NCBI GenBank assembly: GCA_951406725.2
Contig: OX597831.1
Location: forward strand, 53,940,001-54,004,000
DNA from: Octopus vulgaris
Lineage: Eukaryota
DNA: 64,000 nucleotides
Reading direction: 5' to 3'
Below, piece after piece: positions 54,001-64,000 of the stretch (position 1 is the stretch's first letter; each line of letters begins with the position of its first letter). The notes under the pieces were generated by a model that was not told the origin of the DNA, ran no database searches, and was given only the letters and a program-made list of their open reading frames with translations. The translations under genes were made by a program, and so were the position numbers.

Positions 54001-55449
54001 TTAAAATAAGAATTTTGTTTTTCTTAATGTAGGCGAATTTAAATTGTGTCATTTTGCTGTAATATATATATATATTTTTTTTAATATGCCTCAAATCATT
54101 AAGTATTATTAATTAAATTATTTCAACTTTAAATACCAAATATGATTGGCATATCTGAAATCTTTTGGATTTCTAATAATCATTTTTGATCTTATAATTA
54201 GATTAATAATCTATAATTTTTTTTAATCATAAATTTTAAATGTGCATACAAATGTGATTTAGCAAATGGAATAGAAGTAAATGCATTTTTCTAGCTTTTT
54301 TATCATAACATTTTAAACTTAAAAATTGGTTTGAATATAAGGCTTTTAAAAATGCAAAAGAATTTGCTTGTGACTTTCAAAATTTACTAATGCTTTTATT
54401 ATTTATTATTTTCTTTCCATAACATTTCACAATCCTTTTAGTATCTTTTGAAAGGACCCTGAATTTCATCCATTTTGACAAAAAGCAAATGTAATTTCTA
54501 TTTTGCATCCTAACAGAAATTAGGTTGCTCAGTCCATTATGATGATTGTCTTGTTACCTTCTTTTGGTCAGGAGTTGAGAGGCAGTTCACTTCTGTCTGA
54601 TGGCTATAGTGAAAGAGGTAGTATGGTGCAAGCAACTGAAAGGGCTAAGGACAAACACTTTCAGTTTTCATTTGGAAAGAATGGTGAGGGTGGAGAGAGG
54701 GTACTTGCCCTCTAGTAAAATTTTTGAAAGTTGGTGAGAGGAGTAAGCATAGCTTGAGTGAAAGGGCCTACTTTCAGTATGTGTCTTTAGGCTGGGAACA
54801 CAGCTGATAGAAGGCACTCAGCAGACAAGCCAATCTTTTGATCTCTGAAATTCTTTGATAGGCCTTAAGTGACAATCCTCCTACTCAGTGACTCTATCAC
54901 ATATTTGTATATTGTATTGTCATGCTTCATTCATTTCAGTTTCAGTGTCCTTCTGATGTCTTCTCATCCATTGCTCTTGTGGCAACAATAGTTGTTATTT
55001 CTGAATATATTGTTTGCTTCACTCATCTTTTTCAATTATAGAAAATTGTACATTGAATTAGCAGTATGGCTTTTCCTTCATAAAAGGTTTTACTACTTGT
55101 ACAATAATATAAGCATTAAATTAATCTCTATCCTCTCTCTGAAATAGGTTTGATAACAATATTGAGCTTTGGTTTCCAACTCTTTGTAATCATGGGCTAG
55201 TAGTTTAATAAAGAACTTTGCCTAGATATTTATCAAGTAATAATAAATTTTATGAATAATTATAGTCTGGTGTAAATATATTATGAAGTTTTCCATCAGA
55301 TTATCGTATATATCTATCAGTATTTTTAGATGCTTTTAATTTTCTTCCTGTGGTGGAATATGAATTCCCTGCATTGAATTGCATCATATAAAGTTTGCCA
55401 TGTTTAAGAACTCATTTCAAGTGTATGACTCTTATCTTTATCATAATCC

Positions 55450-56080
55450 TTCTTATCATTATCATCACGACGCTGTTCTGAAAGTTGCTGAAAAGTGGAA
55501 ATTTAGGATCGTGCAAGTTAATAACAGTGTTTGAGAAGTTGGGGATTTGTGTTTTCTAGTATACAGCTAGGTTATACTGCAAAGTATGATATAAGTAGAA
55601 ACATATTCATGAAACAGTTTCAAACAGGTTTATAGCACACCCAGCAAGTCTAAGGGTCTGTTGTAGTTATAGTGAAAGAGATTTTATGAAAACTGCATGA
55701 CAATCTACGAGTTGCTGGTGATTGTTGATCATGTCAATGACAATTTTTTTCAACATTATTGACTAAGATGTCCATGATTAAGAAGACTGTATTCAGTTAC
55801 AGAGAGGTGGTTAGTGTAGATTAAGAAGACTGCTTTCAGTCACAGAAAATTTTATGTTTAAGCATGTCATTTAATTGTTCAAAGCTAAAGGAGTTATTCA
55901 CACTTGCAAAAGCAAACTCATCTTCAAACAATTTTTGCCAGGTTTGTGAAATGTCCAAAGTATGTTTTTGAGCATATTGCAAAGTGAGAAGCACTGTTTT
56001 TGTATGTTGGGGATTAGACAATGCAGTTGGTAATGTTAATTAGATCACCATTACAAGGTGTATTTAAAAGTTTTATTTGA
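55450..56080 (-). mobile_element. Very decayed Penelope-like RT remnant
   Basis: TWQKLFEDEFAF...FEQLNDMLKHKIF followed by IMDILVN resembles W.RYVDD.F...LN.....IKFT...FLDILV. Confidence 0.4.
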
Positions 56081-57198
56081 CAGAAGTTATTAATGTTAAG
56101 TATCTTAGTGTGGATGAAAGAATATGGGTAATATGAAAGGTAATTTTGTTAGTACAAGAAAGTACAGTTAAACTTCTTGATATAAAGCATTAACCAGACT
56201 GGCAGTGGCTAACCTGAAATTTGGAACCAGCAAAGTAGAAAATTACAACACCTGCAAATTCTGTGATAAAACCCATTCTCATTTAGTGTATTTCTAGCAT
56301 TTCTGAAGAATTGTTTGGATTTTCTTTATTTTGTCCCTTAGATGGAGATTAAAACTTAGATTGTATATTGCAGACCTAGCCATTCCAATTAAGACTTTTT
56401 TGTTTCATTCATCTTCTTCATTAAATAACTACTCAGACATGTTACTTCAATATTTGTGCACAAAGTACTAGAATGTTTATATTAAAAAAAATTGTCTAAC
56501 AATTCTCTAAAATAACTTGTCACTCTAAACTGCCTAAATGAATTTTCATATTTCTAAACAGATGTGTAAGAGTCAGTATTAAATTTTCATGTATATTTGT
56601 AAATTGTTTAAATGTTTGTTTTTTCAGAAACAATAGCTTGCCTATTAATGCAAGTGCATCATAGCAAGAATTAGTGATCATTCAATGCAAAAAGCAATCT
56701 AATAATAAAGTATTATAAGAACTTGTCTAATGAACTCTTTTCAATGCTTGCTTTGATGTCAATAAAAGCCATCCACTCCTCGTTCCACTTGAGGCAGATA
56801 ATACTCATGTGGTTTCCAAACCTTGTTACTGATGCTAACAGTGAAAGTTGTTTTTGTTTTTCTTTTCTACATGAAGTCATGTTGGTTTCATGAATCTTTA
56901 AGCTCTGCTGAAGAGATCATCATCATCGTTTAACGTCCACTTTCCATGCCGGCATGGGTTGGACAATTTGACTGAGGCCTGGCAAGCCACAAGGCTGTAC
57001 CAGGCTGACAACTGAAATTACCAAATATCTGAGGGTTTAAAGAGTTAAATTTTCTCCTATGTAGAAGTTATTTATCATGTTTGATTGTACTTGAGTGCCT
57101 TATGCTTAGTTAATACTAGCTATTTGAATGCAATGTTATTGTCCTCTTTGAAATTAGAATCTTTTTTTTAAGATATAAGAATTTATCTGATTTAGTGT

Positions 57199-57250
57199 CA
57201 GCTCTTAATCCATTGCAGCACAGAACCTCTGCACTGGATTAAGAGCTGTT
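57199..57250 (+). ncRNA. Pre-miRNA-like hairpin (candidate)
   Basis: 19 of 20 positions pair. Two 22-nt arms can be drawn with 2-nt 3' overhangs and an 8-nt loop, and the lower stem extends via GU pairs. Confidence 0.35.
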
Positions 57251-60200
57251 ATTAATCTTGAACAGGACAATAACATGGCAGTCAAAAAGCTAATATTAAC
57301 TATGTGTAAGGCATTCAAGTGCAAGCAAACATCATAAAATACATTCTAGTTAGGGGAAAGTGTAACTCTTCAAACCCTCAGACATTTAGCAATTTCATTT
57401 GTCATTAGTTATCTCCTTGCTAGAGCTTAAAGAATCATAAAGGGCCAACATTGCATTTCATATACTTTGAAGTTTGTTTATTCTACTGCAAATGACAGTA
57501 AGTTATATCACAATTATTTCAGTAATGTTTTAATGCATACCTTGTATATTCACTAAAATATCAAATGAAGTATTTCATGTCTTTACTGATGAAATGTTTT
57601 CATACTTCAGTAATTTTTTTAACTAAAAATATATAACATAGTTTAGTGATACTCTCATGAAATGTAATATTAAAATTCATGTATTGAATATGCTTCTCTC
57701 TTTAAAGTTTAGATGAAATGTTTTGATTAGACATAACGATTATATTTAATGAGTTCTTAGTCAACTTATAGATATTTATGACAGCAGCTGAGCATTAGAA
57801 GTATTGGTAATTTTTGGGAAAGGTATCTGTGCTGCTACAGACATGTTAGGAAAGATGTAAAAGTAGACAACTATAACTGATGTAGACATACTAAGGAAGT
57901 CCTAGAAAAAACTGGTTAGGTCAGATCTGAGAATGTTATGTATCACAGATAAATTGGTTTGGTCAGAGTAAGAATTTTGTTAACATATTTCTAATAAAAT
58001 ATACTGCAGATGCTTTAAACTTGGAAATGAAATTTTAAGAGAATTTAGTAAAGTATCTTTTTCAATTTATATAAAGAGAAACACTGCCCTCCATATAGTT
58101 TTCATAAATTATGTTGTTTTATTTTTGTGTGTGTATGTATATATATATATTTATATATATATGCATAAAATAATTTTATATCTGTTTTCCATGTTTCCAT
58201 GATAACATTGATTGGACAGGTCATCATGACCAACTAGCATATATTTTGAAGGTGCTACTTGCCATGATGAGTTGAAGACCTCATCTTGCATTTCATTTTT
58301 GGCTTGGTACTTTATGCTCTTCCTAAGATCAACCGTTTTACAGTGTGTACTGGATGCATTTTTAAGGCATCAGCTCTAGAGTAGTAACACATCTACTGGG
58401 ATTCCCCACCACCCATGTCTTTGATCACTCATCAGCTTCTTTACACAGTTTAGTCATGATCATCCTATCTCTTTTTTTCTTTGTGTATATTTGCAATTGC
58501 TCAGGATGTCCTTTTAGATGATAGGTTGTGATTTGAGGGAGATTTGGCTGCTATTGTAAGATATTTTGTTGAACACTAACACCAACTGGGGAAAAAAAAG
58601 CAAAAAAAAAACTCACTTTGAATTTCATTTCTTCAGAGGTAACCAGTATAAGAGGGAGTGTGCAGTATCAATTACTTAAGGGCAGTGAGAGAGGAATGGC
58701 TTGACAGGTTTCAGTTGCATATATTGATATTACATAAACTTCAAAAGATATTAAGCTAGTGTTTGGAACATGACTTAAAAGGTTCTTATATAAAACTATG
58801 ATAAGACTAGAGAAGGTATCAGGCAAGTTAGTACTAGAAGGGTGAAACTCATGTTAGCATGGAATGGTATTGAAAAATCTCTTTTATATTACAAAGGAAA
58901 CCTTAATAAACACATTCTAGAAAAAAAAAAAGAAATAAAGAAAAGAAACAAAATTGAAAAACTTAGACAACAGCTGTTCTGTTTCAAAGTGTTAAACTAC
59001 ATGAAACAATTTAGTTATCTCAAACTAGGTGTCATGAATTCTAACAGCTTGTACAAGTTTGCTGAATTCACTTTTAATGAGTGTAAAATGTAACAAAAGT
59101 CATATAATAGAAGTTGCTTGAATTTAATAGTTGGCTATTTTGTTCTGTTTCATAATCAACATTTATGTTTTTAAACTGTATTTCTTTATCAATTAAATAT
59201 TCTTCTTTTATACCATATATATATATTTTTTTATATTTCTAGATTTGCTAAATTAAAGCAATTGAATTTATTTTATCCTAAAGATTTAATCTTTTTCCAG
59301 AGATTAAAGATTCTTTTTATTAAGTTCTTTTCTTTAAAACATGTAAGTTATTAAATATCAAAGATTGATTTTTTTAAACTCATTTACAATATGTTATGAA
59401 AAATGTATTTCTCTTGGAGTCATTTATATTAGTCAAATCATTTGCAGCTGTGTTCTATTGCGTTTTAATAAATTGTGTTCCTGTCGATGGTTTAGTATAT
59501 AAATTCTTTGAAATATGTTATTAACTTTAACTCAGAAAACAGCTCTTTTGGTTAGACACAACGCTAGTTTATGTAGGAGATAGGTAGTTGATTATAAACC
59601 AGTTCTAATATCACAAGTTATTTTATATTATTGGGTTGCCTTCAGCAAGATTTGAACCGACAACAGAAATGTACTTTGGTACTAATTTTAGCCTTTATTT
59701 CAACATATTACGTCTTCCTCTCCCTCTGCCACTTGTAGAGAGTAACCTTTAAGAATATTCATTGATTAATAGATTTAGTTGTGGTTTAGAGCAAATATTA
59801 TCTTTAATTTTGAAAGTTTAACAAGTAGTAAATTATATTAAACTAAATTAAGATATTTACTCAAATCATCTAATTAATTACAAATTTGCTGCTTTTGACA
59901 TAATTTCATGTTTTTCCATTCAAATTCCTTCATTCAAAAGCATCATTCATAGTAACAATTATCTGTAATTATCTTAAATTAATCCTTTTCCTAACTTTAC
60001 AGTCTTTTTTTTTTCTTTGAATTATTTACAATCTACCTAAGAAGTTTTAGTCTTTATAGTTTACAATTCTTCTCATTCCCTATGTGTAACTCTTTATCTG
60101 TTATTGATCATATTTATACAATTAAGAAATAGCAGTGCATATAATCTGGTTATTGAAAATTTTAATTTTTTTCCCCCTTCTTGCAAAGTTCATCATGTAC

Positions 60201-61599
60201 TTCATGAGTCACTAATACTGAATGCTAAATTGTTTAGCATAATAAATTTAGAAGATAGCATTTCTGCATATAAGAAAGTCTTAAAACTAAATATTCATAT
60301 ATTTACCTACATACCTTTACCTGTATTGAATTTTAATGTTGTCTAACTCTTTTGTTTTTGGTTTCATACTAAGTAAAATGAACTTTCCTTTCATTATTTT
60401 AAAAACGGTTTATTTCCATTTTTAACATCAAAGGGATTAAATTTAGTGATTAAGAAACATTTAAAGGTTAGCTAACATTATTCTTTGGTTAAGTATACAA
60501 AGAAGAAAAGTCAGTGTTTCTGACTTACTAATCATCATCAGTAGAAATGTAACATATTGCTATTATTTACTGGCACTGTAGCAACTAGCTTCATATATAA
60601 AGAATGTTCATAATAAATATTGAAATGTGTTGGGAAACAAGCTTAATGTATAATTTAATTATAAAAGGACATTCGCCACATACTGAATTAAATTATCCAT
60701 TAAGTTCATTATTTTTGTTGCTCATGTACATGGAAGAACAAATTTGTTGATTTATCATTTTTAAGCATTTGTAGATCATTGCAGAACAAGAAATTTCAGT
60801 AACTATATGAAAATATAAATATGGTGAAGTTAGCTTTGCAGTTATTTATTTCACTGTTTTGAGCCTACTGTGATACTTTGAAGAAGTGTCTCTGCCATAG
60901 CCTTGAGTTGGCCTAAATCTTAAAAGTTGAAGTCCATTGGATGAAGTATACCTATTCTTGAATAGTAGACTTATTGCATTTCTTGGTTTCACATCATAAC
61001 TTGTTTCTTGGGTGCCTGTTTCAAGTATTTAGGACAGGTCCTACTCACCTGGTACATAGGACCTTAAGATAACCTAGGTGTTGTAAGTTTTCCATTCTTT
61101 CCTCCAGCAACGTTGAAGACCATACAGTGTCATGCTTGCTGACTTTCCTCCTACTAAAATATTAAAAGATATTGACAATTATTGCATAATTCTTTTTCTG
61201 TATAACTCATAAGTATTTGTCATATTCTTGCCCTTATTTATGTTTTCTTTTTCTTGAATTTATTCTTTATCAACTATTTTCATATTGTGATAACTGAAGT
61301 AATTATAAAAAGTGTAAATGGTTGTTGATTGTAATCACTTATTTTAGTAGTCAGAAAAAAATAGGTTGATTTTTAACAAATTTTTATGTTAAATACTCAA
61401 TAATGTTAGTATATGCTTTAATGGTTTTTGAAGATAGATATTTCACTGAATTGTTTTTTGTTTTTTCATATATTGTGACATGTGTTAAATTAACAGTTCA
61501 TATAAAATTTATATCTGTAAATGTATCTGTAAACCTATTTTACTTTATATCTCTTTCATACTAATCTTCAATGCATATACAACATTATCAACATTTCTA

Positions 61600-61874
61600 G
61601 TAAACATTTATGTAACTGTATTTCTGTTGAAATACACTGCCCCACCTTTTTTTTTTTTTACTTGTTTCAGTCAGTTGACTGCAGCCATGCTGGAGCACCA
61701 CCTTTGAGTTTATTTTGAAAATAATAAAGAATTTAGTGAAATATCTCTGTCATTAAGCTGGGCTTTAGAACATACAAAATTTTTAGGAAAGGCTTAATTT
61801 AGATCACTTGAAAACAAGAAGTCTGTATTATAGAACTAGGGCAATCTTAGGTGGTTGGGTATCTAAAAGTTAAA
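61600..61874. mobile_element. MITE-like copy (family of 2609-2833) with a nested SINE 3' tail at ~61642-61704
   Basis: tatttctgttgaaatacact and ttttgaaaataataaagaatttagtgaaa match 2628-2695 and are interrupted by T-run+acttgtttcagtcagttgactgcagccatgctggagcacc. Confidence 0.6.
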
Positions 61875-64000
61875 TTTCTTACCTTCTGGACATTTGAAGT
61901 ATGCAACGGTTTTTAATTTTGCAAGAAAAGAACATAACTACTTTTTTCATTAAATAACAGAGTATATACTAGTTACTTTGCATCTTTGGCAATTATGAAT
62001 TTTAAAATGCATTATCAAAAAAACTTCCTTGATGTGTAAAATACATCTATTTAGGTCATATATTTTAAAAACTGAAATATATCATGTAATACAGTAGCTG
62101 TTTTTGGACAAAGCCTACTGATGTTTTTACACTGTATTTAGTATAGAACTATGATGCAATAAAAAAAAGGGCTTTATTCAAAATTTTGTTCATAAATCAA
62201 TCAATCTCAATAATCACATTCTTAAAGACATAGGCATTTTAACAAAAAAGTAGTATTAGAGGTTGTATAAGGGTTAATTTTTACATGTTATATAAAACTT
62301 ATTTGTGTGCTGTGCACACCATGCATTACAGATTTATATTTTCAGTCCTGAAATACAGTTTTCACAGTGTGTGTTAATACACACTTTCATTGTATTAGTG
62401 ATAAGATCTCAGCAGAATCTCAGTTTGTTCAAGAAAGAAACACCCATTTCCACCAAAGCTTGTTAAGTTCTGTAAAATCATTTATTGCAGTCAATGTGAT
62501 CAGCGCAAAATCATTTTTTTCCCTCATTGTACTGGCTTTTGCTCTCTTTACATTGTTTTTTCCTGCATTCAATTGGCAAACCAAATTTTTATAATGGCGC
62601 ACTGCCAGCTTAATTGTCACTTTTATTGCATGGACACACCCAGGAATTTACATTTGGGATATTGTTCTTTTAGATATTCTTAATTTAAAAAGTATTTGCT
62701 GGCTCACTTGTTTCTTCAATTATTTCATCCTAAGGCACCCCTCCCTCAACATTGGCATACTGTTTTCCATTTGAAACCATTTAGAAATGGGTGGGTGATA
62801 TTCCCAGCTCTGATAAATACATATTTATGCAGGCAATGTAAACATTGTTAATATTGAATTGACAAGATCTCTGAAAATTCTGAAAGAAAATTTCTCCTTC
62901 ACCTTTTAACATTTCTCATTTCTTTGACATTTCTTTCTCTTTGATTTGTTCACTCTTTCTGACTAGTCCTCTCTATATATTTCTCTTCTACTCTGTCCTC
63001 CTCTTTCTCACTGTATCTATCTATCTATCTATCCACACACATACACTATTTACCTTTCTCTCTCTCCTCTCTTATCATATATATAATTAGTCGCATATAA
63101 TACTTGACAAATGGAACAAAAGAAAAAGATTCCCTTTCACCTACTGTCTATCTAAGAAATTTTCATGTTTTTGATACCTAAGGATAGTACTACTTTTGGG
63201 GTGTCAACAATCATCAGATATAGTTGTTAGGGCTTCACTCAGTGGTGATGGGACATGAAAAACTGTTGGGAACTTCTAGTAAATGAGGAAGAGAAAAAAG
63301 CCACAGGGATACATATATATATATATTATATAGAGGGCATTATTACACATAAACGCTGCACGCTAAATGACTTGCTTCGAGACTTGCATTCGGTACGATA
63401 TGTTTATTTTGGTAGTTTTGACTTTAAGAGTCCCTCCTAGCATGTGGCATTTATGTCTAATGATGCCCTCTATATAATATAAATAAATATATTCAAGTGG
63501 AAAAAATTTACAGATTTTTTCTCTTATGAGGTTTTTCACGCTAACTACTTTATAATTTCTTATGAAGATTTTATCCTATTTTTAAATTATATATATATAT
63601 ATATATTTATTTATTTATATATAAATAGGAGTTTATATATAAATAGAATGGAGTAGGTAAGATTCGGGTTACATATGTTTCATAGTGGGTGGAACCTCAG
63701 CAGTAAAATTCCAAGTAAGGTGTATACCACTGGCTACTCTTCAGGCCAAGGATATCTTGATTAAATTAAAGGTTACATTGTCGCACAGATGTACATGTTA
63801 ACACATGGAAGATTCAGTCAGAATGTGTAGACAGCACAGTCTGAGATGGGGTAATATAACTGTTGGGAGAAGTATTTGAATAACAGAACAAGAAGAAAAT
63901 ATAAGGGAGTGAGAGGAAGGATGAATTTAAGAAAGGTCAGTTGACTAGTATTGGCACAATGGAACTGTTTTGACTGAGTCACAGAATTTAGTAAGGGGAT

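Overview
This is an AT-rich eukaryotic window, almost certainly from a coleoid cephalopod (Octopus-type SINE families and tails). It contains no recognisable intact protein-coding gene. The + strand is T-rich and carries many polypyrimidine/AG acceptor-like sites, which suggests (inference) one very long intron or non-coding region of a + strand transcript. Supported content: two full-length but frameshifted DD34D mariner transposons with TIRs and TA duplications; decayed LINEs (CR1/L2/Jockey-type and RTE-type); Penelope-like relics with a GIY-YIG motif and hammerhead-like remnants; several SINE families; a MITE-like family; and long micro/minisatellites that create the spurious long ORFs. The features not explained by repeats are a textbook recursive-splice-like site with a 42-nt frame-preserving exon (15620), a ~190-nt fold-back (22073-22265), several pre-miRNA-sized hairpins in unique sequence, and a gap-free 131-nt duplication. 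These are candidates only; no new system can be proven from sequence alone.
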